DNA of 62,093 nt, the filler included. It is 6 parts of 6 records of this genome, joined end to end, with 100 filler letters (N's around TTAATTAATTAA, not from the genome) between each part and the next. Parts side by side here need not be neighbours in the genome. Positions count along the whole stretch, not along the records: positions 1 to 31,070 come from SRR31156797_43643; 5 more parts are not named here. One strand, 5' to 3'. Shown piece by piece: positions 18,729 to 28,612 of this stretch. Every line of letters starts with the position of its first letter. Position 1 is the stretch's first letter. The translations under genes were made by a program, and so were the position numbers. The notes beneath the pieces were generated by a model, which saw only the letters and a program-made list of their open reading frames with translations, ran no database searches and was not told where the DNA came from.

Positions 18729-21227
18729 TTGAAATATGAGGTGGTCATGCTTGCAGTTCTGATTCATCGCGTTCGGCTCCTAACCGAAGCCATCCTTTTG
18801 GCAACGCTTTGTTGCGGACTTTTTTTCACATCCCCGGCTCAAGCAGAACATACGAGCGATCACTTCACAGCGGTTGTTCTCGCGGACTTTCCTCCCCTCT
18901 ATACGACCACCGGCAGCGGCGCCCCGGATGGATTCGCTCTGGATGTGCTGAAAGCCGTTGGAGCCGAAGCTGGAATCCACTATGACCTACTTGTCGTTGA
19001 AACTTGGGCCGAAGCATTAGAAGCGATCTCCACAGGCGAGGCAGACTTTATTCCCGGCATAGGGATCACTAAACCGAACAAACAAAAATTCATCTTCACA
19101 GAAGTTTTCGAAACAGTGTCTATCTCCTGTTTTGTTCGCTCTGAATCCACTAACATCCAGGGAATCGCCGACTTCCCTGGACGCCGTATAGCTTTCATCG
19201 ACAAGACTGCACCACAGACCTTGCTCAAGACAATTCCTGATGTCACCCTGTTACCGCTCCGCTCTGTTGATAAAGCCTTGTTCAGTCTTTTGTCAGGAAA
19301 ATCGGATGCTATAATTTTTCCTGAACCGTTCCTGTGGCGGACAGCGCAAAAAATCGGCATTGAAGACAAAATCAAAGTCGTTGGCCCACCTCTTATGGAA
19401 GTCAAACGCGGATACCTCCTGCGCAAGGACCACACCGAATTACGCGACCAACTGGACAAGGCCTTACATACCTATGTCGCTTCTCCTGCCTTCAATACCG
19501 TATATTTGAAATGGCGAGGTAAACCCATCCCCTATTGGACTACGCAAAAAGTCATCTCCATTGGAACAATCCTTTTAATCTTGACGGTAATAGGATTCTC
19601 GCTTTGGCGTTGGCTGTCCGTGTCCAGAATCAACGAAAAACTTAAACTGTCCATGATGAGACTGGTCAAAACACAAGCAAAACTCAAGGCCAGAGAATCT
19701 CAGCTCAGTCGAGCTCAAGAATTAACTTCACTCGGCAGCCTTGAACGAGATATCATCACGGACGAAGGCCAATGGTCCGTCGGACTGTATAAGGTCCTTG
19801 GCTTCCCCCAATCAGAAAAAGCTCCCAGCACAGAAGAATTCCGTGCGTGTCTTCACCCGGATGACCTCAAAGAATATGAACGAAAAACCAACGCAGTCTC
19901 CCCTGAAGCTCCATCCTTTTTTCTGGAATTTCGTTTCAGACAGCCAGGTAAGGGAACGTATAAAACAGGTGCCGGTGTTTTTTCCTATGAATTTTCCGCC
20001 GACGGCACCCCTGTCAGACGCATAGGGGCCATTCAGGATATTACACGCCAAAAAAGGACCGAGGCCCTACTCATCGAAGCCAAAGAAAACGCGGAGGCCG
20101 CCAATATAAGTAAAAGTGAATTTCTTGCCAATATGAGTCATGAACTGCGCACACCGCTCAACGGTATCATGGGCATGCTCCAACTCATGGCACTGGAAGA
20201 CATCAAGCCTCCCCATTCAGAGTATGTTGACACAGCCCTTTCCTCTTGCACAAGTTTGGCTCGGCTCATCGGGGATATTCTTGATCTCTCCAAAGTCGAA
20301 GCAGGCAAAATGGAACTCACCCCGATTCCGTTCAACCCCAGTCAACTTCTCTTGACCGTACGGGATGCATTTATTCAACCAGCCAAAGAAAAAGGCCTGA
20401 AGCTTTCTCTTTTGATAGATAAAAATATTCCAGAATGTGTAATCGGAGATTCCGCTCGGCTGCGGCAGGTTCTTTTCAATCTCGTGGGCAATGCCATCAA
20501 ATTTACCGAACAAGGATCGGTTTCGATTCAGGTTTCACAGCAACCTGTGAAATCATCAGAAGCCTCCACACTCCTCTTCTCGGTTATCGACACAGGCATA
20601 GGTATCCCCAAAGCCATGCAGGATAAAATTTTCGGAGCATTCACTCAGGTGCCGGGTACGTCCCAAAAATTTCAGGGGACAGGGCTCGGCCTTCATATAG
20701 TAAAACAGTTGGCGGCTCTCATGAACGGCAAGGTTTCCATTAAAAGTGCCGAGGGCAAAGGAACCACAGTCCATTTTTCGGCCACGTTCAAATGGGATGA
20801 TCGATCCGAAGCCCAATGTCATGCCCCCATGGACATACTGGCGGAAGATATCCCTCCACAGAAAATACTGATCGTGGAAGACGAACGGGTCAATCAAATC
20901 GCCATCACCAAGCTGGTGGAACGATTGGGGCATACCACGGCCAACGCGAATAATGGCCGGATAGCACTGGAAAAACTGGCTGAAGAAGACTTTGACATCA
21001 TACTCATGGATATACAGATGCCCATCATGAACGGCATTGAAACCACTCGCCAAATTCGTTTAATGAAAGACGAAAAGAAACAAGCCATCCCAATCATTGC
21101 CTTAACGGCCCATGCAATGAGCGGAGATCGTGAGAAATTCCTCGAAGTCGGCATGGACGACTATCTTGCCAAACCAGTCAGTCTTGACGGCCTTAGAGCG
21201 ATTCTCAACAAAGTACTCGGAACGTAA
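18729..21227 (+). CDS. Hybrid sensor histidine kinase (periplasmic solute-binding domain, PAS, HisKA, HATPase, REC)
   Basis: ADFPPL/GFALDV binding-protein domain, TM helix, FLANMSHELRTPLNG, GTGLGL, ILMDIQMP. Confidence 0.92.
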   Translation: MKYEVVMLAVLIHRVRLLTEAILLATLCCGLFFTSPAQAEHTSDHFTAVVLADFPPLYTTTGSGAPDGFALDVLKAVGAEAGIHYDLLVVETWAEALEAISTGEADFIPGIGITKPNKQKFIFTEVFETVSISCFVRSESTNIQGIADFPGRRIAFIDKTAPQTLLKTIPDVTLLPLRSVDKALFSLLSGKSDAIIFPEPFLWRTAQKIGIEDKIKVVGPPLMEVKRGYLLRKDHTELRDQLDKALHTYVASPAFNTVYLKWRGKPIPYWTTQKVISIGTILLILTVIGFSLWRWLSVSRINEKLKLSMMRLVKTQAKLKARESQLSRAQELTSLGSLERDIITDEGQWSVGLYKVLGFPQSEKAPSTEEFRACLHPDDLKEYERKTNAVSPEAPSFFLEFRFRQPGKGTYKTGAGVFSYEFSADGTPVRRIGAIQDITRQKRTEALLIEAKENAEAANISKSEFLANMSHELRTPLNGIMGMLQLMALEDIKPPHSEYVDTALSSCTSLARLIGDILDLSKVEAGKMELTPIPFNPSQLLLTVRDAFIQPAKEKGLKLSLLIDKNIPECVIGDSARLRQVLFNLVGNAIKFTEQGSVSIQVSQQPVKSSEASTLLFSVIDTGIGIPKAMQDKIFGAFTQVPGTSQKFQGTGLGLHIVKQLAALMNGKVSIKSAEGKGTTVHFSATFKWDDRSEAQCHAPMDILAEDIPPQKILIVEDERVNQIAITKLVERLGHTTANANNGRIALEKLAEEDFDIILMDIQMPIMNGIETTRQIRLMKDEKKQAIPIIALTAHAMSGDREKFLEVGMDDYLAKPVSLDGLRAILNKVLGT

Positions 21228-21258
21228 AAACCGCTGCCCCTTATGGGGACAGCGGCTT
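21226..21258. terminator. Intrinsic terminator between convergent genes
   Basis: CCGCTGCCCC-ttat-GGGGACAGCGG with an A-tract on the left. Confidence 0.65.
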
Positions 21259-21282
21259 ATGACCCGATATCCATCATACAGA

Positions 21283-21540
21283 TCAGTGATTCTCTTCAAA
21301 CCCCTGTTCCGTCTTGTAGGTCTCCCATTCTTCATGGTCCACCGCGTTATCCGCGTTGGTATCAGCTTTCTCAAAAACAGCCAACTTTCCACTAGGAAAC
21401 GCAACCAAAAATTCACCTTTGGTGATGGTCCCATTCACATCCGCATCCAGAGAATTAAAGCAGACATTATAGTTTGTATTTGCTGAAACAGACTGGCTCG
21501 CAATAAGAACCAGCACAAAAGCTAGAAATATTTTCTTCAT
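21283..21540 (-). CDS. Small secreted EF-hand protein
   Basis: Signal peptide; DADVNGTITKGE and DTNADNAVDHEE loops. Confidence 0.8.
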   Translation of the reverse strand: MKKIFLAFVLVLIASQSVSANTNYNVCFNSLDADVNGTITKGEFLVAFPSGKLAVFEKADTNADNAVDHEEWETYKTEQGFEENH

Positions 21541-21562
21541 GTATTCTCCAAATATCATTACA

Positions 21563-21856
21563 TTACCCTTCAATAAAACCGGTCAAAACCTTAATCAGCT
21601 TATCCAAAGCTTCCTTTTCATCCGTTTCACCTTCCATGGCATCTGCATAGCACCGCAACATATACCGTTTCAAAATCAACTTGTTGGCGGATTGCAAGGC
21701 AGACCGAACAGCCCGGACCTGAACCAAAATATCCTGACATTCCTTGCCGGCCTCAATCATTCCTTGAATGCCGCGCACCTGCCCTTCGATCCGCTTCATA
21801 CGAGACAAAACGTTTTTTTTGATTTTCTGTTCTTCAACTGTTGCTGCTGATTCCAT
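21563..21856 (-). CDS. CsoR/RcnR family repressor, CstR-like (two Cys, no His ligand)
   Basis: RMKRIEGQVRGIQGMI...ECQDILVQVRAVRSAL...YMLRC. Confidence 0.88.
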   Translation of the reverse strand: MESAATVEEQKIKKNVLSRMKRIEGQVRGIQGMIEAGKECQDILVQVRAVRSALQSANKLILKRYMLRCYADAMEGETDEKEALDKLIKVLTGFIEG

Positions 21857-21906
21857 GTCATTCTCCTTGACTTCAGGGCAAGTTCCCGTTGCCGGGTCTC
21901 AAACTT

Positions 21907-21926
21907 TACCGTACTGTAGTACGGTA
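21907..21926. promoter_or_regulatory. Perfect palindrome in the divergent csoR/torD promoter, candidate CsoR-family operator
   Basis: TACCGTACT-GT-AGTACGGTA; contains two overlapping TAC-N9-GTA sites. Confidence 0.6.
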
Positions 21927-21954
21927 TAAATCACTGCCGACAAAAGGATCCAAA

Positions 21955-22569
21955 ATGTCCATATCTCAATCAAAACTTCATTTACTCAATGTATTGGAAC
22001 TGTGTGTCACCGTATTTCGTGGCCCTAATGTAGAAGAATGGGCCAATCTCGCCAAGGTTGGAGTGCCTGAACTCCTTGCCAGTGTCCAGAAAAACCCCGA
22101 CACCTTCCTCGCTCCGGTTCAATGCTTGAACCAATTGTCAGCAAATCTTTCGGATGAAGACATCTCAATTCTTGAGACCGAATATGTCCGCCTGTTCATT
22201 GCCGGCTCTGGAGGAGTTCCCGCCCCGCTGTATGAATCCTGCCATCTCGACACCACACCCCGAACCATGGGCCAGAGCGCCTTGGACATGCAAAGTCGTC
22301 TTCAGAAAGCCGGACTTGAAATGTCGTTAGACTCCAACGAGCCAGCCGACCACTTGACCATTGAACTCGAATTCCTCTTCTACTTACTCTCCGAAGGGTG
22401 GTTCGGACAAAAGGAACAAGCCGCTCAAGGCACCGAATTCGCAGAATCGATCATGCTTCCATGGGTACGCCGTTTCCGGGACGCACTGAACAAGGCCGCC
22501 CCACACCCTATATTCACCTGTGTCGCAGACCTCACAGTGACAACCTTGGAAACTGTTTCAAAGATCTAG
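21955..22569 (+). CDS. TorD/DmsD family molybdoenzyme maturation chaperone
   Basis: EYVRLFI...APLYES...EPADHLTIELEFL. Confidence 0.9.
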   Translation: MSISQSKLHLLNVLELCVTVFRGPNVEEWANLAKVGVPELLASVQKNPDTFLAPVQCLNQLSANLSDEDISILETEYVRLFIAGSGGVPAPLYESCHLDTTPRTMGQSALDMQSRLQKAGLEMSLDSNEPADHLTIELEFLFYLLSEGWFGQKEQAAQGTEFAESIMLPWVRRFRDALNKAAPHPIFTCVADLTVTTLETVSKI

Positions 22570-23576
22570 TCCAATTCTTCGGTTCGAATAACGGCTGACC
22601 GCAATACATCCAAAAATCTGGTGTCCGGTTCAAAATAGCCACGCCGGATCAATTCAATGGTCCAGTTACCATCACCCTCGGCCCGAACCAGATATGCCAA
22701 CGGCAATTCGGCCTGTCCGAGACATTCGAAGATCTGCCCGCTTTTATCCGAAAACAACGGGTAGGCCACATCATAATGTTTCTTGAAACGAACAACGGCA
22801 TGATTCGAATCATACACACCCAACCCAATGATCTTGAGTTGTCCGGCCAACACAGGATCATTCTCCACATCCTTGAAAAACCGCGAAAGCAACTTGGTTT
22901 CCCTCACGCAATCGTTGCACATGGTATTGTACAGTTGAATCAGCACAAAACGGGCGGACAATTCGGAAAGTTGCAACCATTTGGTTCCTTCCGGTAAATT
23001 CAAATACTCGCGATCCGCATCGCCATTCAACACCGCCACCCGACATGCCGGGAACGTATCGCCCACGGCCAGAATATGCTTTTCTTCCTGCACACCATCC
23101 ACGAGTTCGGGATATGCTTCTTTCCAGTCATGAAATCCCGCTGCATATCGATAAACATCAGTGTATCCGAGACGCGCTGCCCAGCGCGCCGCAATGCCAC
23201 TACGCAGTCACCTGAAACTTCGACAATACACCACCAACAAACGTTTTTGATCGTATCCGACCAAATCCTTGAATGCCGTCCGCTTGGCTTCTGGCAAATC
23301 CATCCGGTCGCCAAGATCAAATTCCATATTGATGGAACCGAAGATATGCCCGGCGGCAAATTCATAATCAGCTCGCGCATCGATAATAAGTGGTTTTGCG
23401 CCTGAATCAATCAACGCCTTCAACCCGCTGGTGTTGATGAGCTTATACCCTTCACGTTCGGCTTCACCCTGTGCAGCGGACCACCAAACTTCGTTTTCGT
23501 CGGCATTGGCGGGTGCACTCCAGAAAAAACATAAGGCGAGGAGCATATATACAATGGAAGATATCCGTATCATCAT
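22566..23576 (-). CDS. Predicted selenoprotein: exported rhodanese (CxxxxU) fused to a TlpA/thioredoxin-like CxxC domain, 336 aa, Sec at codon 123
   Basis: Track ORFs 23208-23576 and 22566-23102 are in one frame separated only by TGA 23210-23208; read-through gives YCRSFR-U-LRSGIAARWAARLGYTDVYRYAAGFHDWK, then TMCNDC. Confidence 0.85.
23171..23190 (-). promoter_or_regulatory. Candidate bacterial SECIS hairpin
   Basis: GGCGCGCU-GGGC-AGCGCGUC; G-starting apical loop 25 nt downstream of the UGA. Confidence 0.65.
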
Positions 23577-23640
23577 ATCTGCTCCCCGCCTGTCTGTGTG
23601 TGACGTCTGGCCGGACTATCCGGCCTTCTGCAACTGGAAT

Positions 23641-24738
23641 CTATTTATTTGGATGAACCTCGTAAGAATTGTCTTCACCAAAGTCATTGGTGGCTTCCAG
23701 ATAGAAGACATTCTTGGCATCAGGTACCATGTCCATAAACAGGTAATAAGCTTCGCCTGCTCGTGCGCCTGTGGCACAGGAGAATACGATAGGCTTGTCT
23801 GTCGGAATTTCCTTGGCCTTTTTCTCAACCATATCAACAGGCATGTTGATGGCGGAGGGGAAGTGACCGGCTGCGTATTCCTCAGGATCACGCACATCGA
23901 TCAGCAGAATGGAATCCGGGTTTTCCTTGATGGTCTTCAGGAACCATTCAGCATCGACTGCACCTTCAGCTTCACCGGCCTTGACGGCCACATCGGCACC
24001 ACCGAACATTTCCTTCCAACCGGGATAACCGGCTTCAGCAACCACAACTTTCTTGTAACCAAGGTAGCGGGCCTTGATTGCGGACTTGTGCGACAAGGCA
24101 CATTTGTAGCCGCCGCAATAGTAAACCAGTGTGACTTCAGCTTTATCAATTGGCAACATACCGCGCTTGTCGGCAAAGTCCTTTTCAGGAATGCCGATAG
24201 CGGACGGGATCGCGCCAGCCAGATACTTCTGGTACGGACGGGCGTCGATCAATGCGTATTTTTCGCCGTTGGCCATCTTGCCGTGGAGATTTTCCAGACC
24301 GATGGAGTAGTACAACGCGTGCTTCTTATAATCCGGAAAACCCGCGGCGTAGACATGGACGTTGGTATAGCCAAGCTTTTCTGCCTTCCAGGCCGCTTTA
24401 TGCGAAAGTCCGCAATGAAAACCACCACAATAGAAAATCAGAAGATCGTCCTTGTTGGCGGGCAACTTATCCACCATCTTGTCGAACTGGCTGGTCGGAA
24501 TGGACACAGCAGTCGGAATGTACCCATCGACATACTTCGGTTTGTATGGTCTGGAATCAACGATCATCGCGCCCTTGGGCTTGGGCATTTTGGCGTACTT
24601 GGCCACGAACTTGTAATCCACGATGGAGTGGAATTCCTTGAACTTCGGCTTCTTGGCTTCATCAGCCATTGCAACACCGGTTGTCGCCACCAGAGCGAAC
24701 ACCAGCATCATGACTGCGGCAAACAATTTCCTATACAT
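23641..24738 (-). CDS. Periplasmic triple-rhodanese sulfurtransferase
   Basis: Signal peptide; three rhodanese loops FYCGGFHCGLS, YYCGGYKCALS, FSCATGARA. Confidence 0.88.
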   Translation of the reverse strand: MYRKLFAAVMMLVFALVATTGVAMADEAKKPKFKEFHSIVDYKFVAKYAKMPKPKGAMIVDSRPYKPKYVDGYIPTAVSIPTSQFDKMVDKLPANKDDLLIFYCGGFHCGLSHKAAWKAEKLGYTNVHVYAAGFPDYKKHALYYSIGLENLHGKMANGEKYALIDARPYQKYLAGAIPSAIGIPEKDFADKRGMLPIDKAEVTLVYYCGGYKCALSHKSAIKARYLGYKKVVVAEAGYPGWKEMFGGADVAVKAGEAEGAVDAEWFLKTIKENPDSILLIDVRDPEEYAAGHFPSAINMPVDMVEKKAKEIPTDKPIVFSCATGARAGEAYYLFMDMVPDAKNVFYLEATNDFGEDNSYEVHPNK

Positions 24739-24819
24739 AACAAACTCCCTTCCTAAAGATTTGTTTGTGCTCTGCCCCGCATGGGACAAAGTCCTCTCTG
24801 ACACTATCGTTTCCGAGGC

Positions 24820-25539
24820 CTATTCACCCTCGGTTTTGACCTTTTCCCACCACAGACGGTGGTGATGTTTGGCATAGTTGCCGGGAACCACGCCGGTGAA
24901 CATGGACTTGAAACCGGGACGTTCTTCCGGCGAAATGGCGGCCATATAGATGTGAACCAGCAATCCGGCAAAAACCAGCCCCACGGCAATGAAATGCAGG
25001 GTCACGGCCCAACCGACCATGCCTGTGGACTCGGCCCCGAAAGTCCGGTCGGACATGAACATGATCACGCCGGTCACAGCGATAACAATGCCTCCCACAA
25101 CAGAGGCCTGAGCAAACGCCTTCTGGCCCATGTTGTAATATCCCTGATCCGGCAATTCAGGGTCCATGCCCATTATCTTGAGGGCCTTGGGGCCCAGCGT
25201 CATGAGCACCATTTTCTTGATCATCCACGCCATGTCACGCGCCGGACTGACGGCGAATACTTCTGCCAGAAAAAAACGGGCACCCTTGAAATTGACGAGA
25301 AGATAAAAAACGAACCCGGCCAGCCAAAGCAGACCGATAACTTCATGGATGACCAGCAGATTTGCCCCGCCGCCCACCATGGCACGCATAGCCTCGGGAT
25401 AGCCGGAACCAAACGGATCAATGGCCGGGTGCTGAATCAGCCCCACTCCTGTCAGCAGAAGCAGTAGCCAGCAGGCCGCGTTGAACCAATGAATGAATAT
25501 ATCGGTTTTATCGTGTCGTTTGAACATGGTGTTAGGCAT
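24820..25539 (-). CDS. Cytochrome b membrane anchor (FdnI/PhsC-like)
   Basis: Four TM helices with conserved His (HWFNA, HEVIG, HFIA, HIY) and YNMGQK. Confidence 0.88.
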   Translation of the reverse strand: MPNTMFKRHDKTDIFIHWFNAACWLLLLLTGVGLIQHPAIDPFGSGYPEAMRAMVGGGANLLVIHEVIGLLWLAGFVFYLLVNFKGARFFLAEVFAVSPARDMAWMIKKMVLMTLGPKALKIMGMDPELPDQGYYNMGQKAFAQASVVGGIVIAVTGVIMFMSDRTFGAESTGMVGWAVTLHFIAVGLVFAGLLVHIYMAAISPEERPGFKSMFTGVVPGNYAKHHHRLWWEKVKTEGE

Positions 25540-26272
25540 CGGAATCCTCCTTGTGGTCGGAATCGGAGCCGACAAACAGTTGACGGCCAAGCATGGCAAG
25601 CACGCCCAGACCGGACAGGGCCACGATACCCTTCACCAATGGTGCGGACTGCTTCATGGCGACCATGGATGCAGGAATGATGGCCTCTCGGCCCCATTCG
25701 CCCGGACCGGGGTTACCGAGATAAAACATATTCGGTTTGGTGTCGGTCTTGGCGGCCACGCGAGTCAGACGGTCCTTATTCTTAAGATACAGACGACCGG
25801 CTTCGCTGTCGGGATCATTGATATCGCCAAAGACCCGAGCCTTGGTGGGACAAGTGTCCACACATGCTGGGGGAATACCCGCGGCCCTGCGCTCGGGACA
25901 GTAATTACACTTATCCGCCTTGCGCTTGACCTCGTTACGGAAACGGGCGTCATAGGGACAGGCAGGAATACAGTTACCGCATCCAATACACAGCCCTTCG
26001 TTGATAACGACTTCGCCAGTTTCCTTATCCTTGTACGTCGCACCAGTGGGACAGGCATCCACACAGGTGGGGTTTTCGCAGTGCATACACGCGCCGGGCT
26101 GGAACCTGGCGGTATCGCTTTTTTTGCCGGGAACCGGCGTATCGTTGGTCGGTTTAATCCAATTGCGCCACTGCCCTTCAGGGACTTGGTTGGCTACCTT
26201 GCAGGCAGCCACACACGCTTTGCAGTCGATGCACTTGGCCGCATCAATAACCATCGCAAGTTGCTGTGCCAT
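25532..26272 (-). CDS. 4x[4Fe-4S] electron-transfer subunit (PsrB/PhsB-like)
   Basis: CIDCKACVAAC, CMHCENPTCVDACP, CIGCGNCIPACP, CNYC...CVDTCP; C-terminal TM segment. Confidence 0.93.
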   Translation of the reverse strand: MAQQLAMVIDAAKCIDCKACVAACKVANQVPEGQWRNWIKPTNDTPVPGKKSDTARFQPGACMHCENPTCVDACPTGATYKDKETGEVVINEGLCIGCGNCIPACPYDARFRNEVKRKADKCNYCPERRAAGIPPACVDTCPTKARVFGDINDPDSEAGRLYLKNKDRLTRVAAKTDTKPNMFYLGNPGPGEWGREAIIPASMVAMKQSAPLVKGIVALSGLGVLAMLGRQLFVGSDSDHKEDSDA

Positions 26273-28467
26273 TACGCCACCTTCCTTGTTACGGTGACAA
26301 AGGTCGTATGCATGGAAGCATTCCCTGTGATCGTGTCATAATCGTCATCCAACAATTCATTGATGGACGCGCCGTTGCCATGGGACAGGGTCTGCATGGT
26401 GGACAAAGTGTTGTAGCCCGAAAGCATGTACACCGTGTCTTTTCTAATTCTATCCGTCACTTCGGCCTTCAGTTCCTGCCTACCGACAGGGCTGGTCACT
26501 TCAACCAGATCACCGTCCGCAATGCCGAGCTTCCCAGCTGCTTCGATGTTGAGCCACAACGTATTGGTAGGATTCAACTCATTGAGCAACTTGTTGTTAA
26601 TGGTCGAAGTCTGGGTGACTGCGGCATCCCGGCCAAGCACCAGACGGAATTGATTTTTGGGAACCTTAGTGGGCGGGGTATAAATGGGCATGGGATCAAG
26701 CCCCATCTGTTCGTACCGCTGGTTGTACAGTTCCACCTTCTTGGACAAGGTCTTGTAAATCCGACCTTCATAAATGCCGTACACCTTGGACGGATTGTAG
26801 TAGACGCCGTCGCGATCCATGACCTCAAGGGCCTCCGGGATTTCACGAGTCTGCTTCTTGCGAAATTCCTCAATAGTGAAATCAAAATATTCACTGAGGT
26901 CCATCTTTCCGGCAATACCCTTCATAATGTCGAAGAGTGAACGGGATTCGTACAATGACTTGATGAGTGGGTCTCGTTTGACCACACAGGCACAAGCCAC
27001 AGAACCCTGCAAACCGGCACACGGATCAGTCCGCTCCAGATAACTCTGAGATGGCAAAACCAGATCGGCGTACCAAGCTGTGTCGGACATGGCGATATCC
27101 ACCACGGTGACAAAGTCCATCTTGTTCATCATCTCGATGGTCTTCTTCCGATTGGGAGCCGTGCCCATAGGGTTGGTCTTGTACACGAACCACCCCTTAA
27201 TGGGATATGGGTCCTCGGCCAATACGGAATCACGCGTGACCAGAAATGAACCTTCGTGCTCAAACATCATCGGCACCTTGTGGGCGTCGATACGATCGTC
27301 CTGATTCTCATCATACCATGGGGCGTCATACGACACGCCCTTGAGGCCAACCTGCCGAGCGGCCAACAGGCCACCGGGACGGTCCCAGTTGCCGAGCAAA
27401 CCATTCACAATGGCAAAACTACGACGAATCTGGGTGGAATCTTCATAATCCGAGGTCCGACGACCGGGATAAATCATGGCTGCCGGAGCGGCCGCTGCCA
27501 GCTCACGGGCCATACGGGTGATATCTTCTGCCGGAATGCCACACTCTTCTGCAGCAAAACCGGGGGTGTACTGCTTGACATGCTCAGCGAGCTGTTCAAG
27601 TCCGTATGTCTTCTCTTCGATCCACTGGGGGTCGTAAAGTTTTTCACCGATGATGACATGTGCCAGAGCGAGCATAAACGCCATGTCCGAACCGGGCCTG
27701 ATGGGATACCATTCGTCGGAAAGGGCCGCTGTCTTGGTATACCGAGGATCGAGCGTGACCAACTTGCACCCGTTCTCACGGATGGCGGTCATCAGATCAA
27801 TGGAATCCGGGGTGACCAAAGCTTCGAAGCGATTGGCACCTGCCATAATGATATACTTGGAGTTGAGCACGTCCGGGAACGGCACTTCTCCGTAGGTATC
27901 AAGAAACGCCCTGTTGCCCGAAACCAGACACAGTGATTCATGGGACGTGACATTAAACGAACCATAGACTTCGGCAAATCGGCCCACGAACTGAGAATGC
28001 AGATCAGTTCCGGCAGAGAAAAGATGACCGCAGGGGGTATACTTCTTGCGAACTTCTTCCATTTTCTGCGCGGCCATATCAATGGCTTCATCCCACGGGA
28101 TGCGCTGCCACTTGCCTTCGCCGCGTGCTCCCTTTCTGAGCAAGGGATGCTTGAGACGATCTGGATCATAGACTTGATCAAGACCGGCGTTACCGCGGGC
28201 ACATAACATGCCCCGCGACTTGAGAAATTTGGGATTGGGATCGAGCTTCTTGATGACCCCATTTTCAACGCGAGCGATAAGGCCACATTTATTGAAACAC
28301 ATGTCGCAGGCCGAAAACTTGGAGTCCCAAGCCGGGGCCGCAACGGAAGCCGCCTGCGCCTTTTTCAGACCACCCAGCAAAGCCGGACCGCCTACCGCCC
28401 CTGCCGCCACAAGGCCAGTAGCCTTGAAGAAATCACGACGAGACATTGTCTGTTTGGAATTCGACAC
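26272..28467 (-). CDS. Tat-exported molybdopterin oxidoreductase catalytic subunit, PsrA/PhsA/SrrA-like
   Basis: SRRDFFK Tat motif, CDMCFNKC..C cluster, SHESLC candidate Mo-ligand Cys; GGAGG RBS before GTG 28467. Confidence 0.9.
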   Translation of the reverse strand: MSNSKQTMSRRDFFKATGLVAAGAVGGPALLGGLKKAQAASVAAPAWDSKFSACDMCFNKCGLIARVENGVIKKLDPNPKFLKSRGMLCARGNAGLDQVYDPDRLKHPLLRKGARGEGKWQRIPWDEAIDMAAQKMEEVRKKYTPCGHLFSAGTDLHSQFVGRFAEVYGSFNVTSHESLCLVSGNRAFLDTYGEVPFPDVLNSKYIIMAGANRFEALVTPDSIDLMTAIRENGCKLVTLDPRYTKTAALSDEWYPIRPGSDMAFMLALAHVIIGEKLYDPQWIEEKTYGLEQLAEHVKQYTPGFAAEECGIPAEDITRMARELAAAAPAAMIYPGRRTSDYEDSTQIRRSFAIVNGLLGNWDRPGGLLAARQVGLKGVSYDAPWYDENQDDRIDAHKVPMMFEHEGSFLVTRDSVLAEDPYPIKGWFVYKTNPMGTAPNRKKTIEMMNKMDFVTVVDIAMSDTAWYADLVLPSQSYLERTDPCAGLQGSVACACVVKRDPLIKSLYESRSLFDIMKGIAGKMDLSEYFDFTIEEFRKKQTREIPEALEVMDRDGVYYNPSKVYGIYEGRIYKTLSKKVELYNQRYEQMGLDPMPIYTPPTKVPKNQFRLVLGRDAAVTQTSTINNKLLNELNPTNTLWLNIEAAGKLGIADGDLVEVTSPVGRQELKAEVTDRIRKDTVYMLSGYNTLSTMQTLSHGNGASINELLDDDYDTITGNASMHTTFVTVTRKVA

Positions 28468-28612
28468 TAAATACCTCCGGATATCCACCATTCTACCGTT
28501 GGTGTCACAACCTTTCCCCGACACCTCGCCACCCTCGGACGAGGTGTCGAAAAAAGTCTATTCAATACACGCTGAAACTTCAGATGCCACCATGGGCACC
28601 GAGAACATTCAA

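Noticed and set aside
23431-24756. 441-aa plus-strand ORF; likewise 7707-8813
   Set aside because: Antisense to well-supported genes
28519-28549. Hairpin between the cytochrome c and catalytic subunit genes as a terminator
   Set aside because: No U-tract follows it on the coding strand; more likely an mRNA stability element
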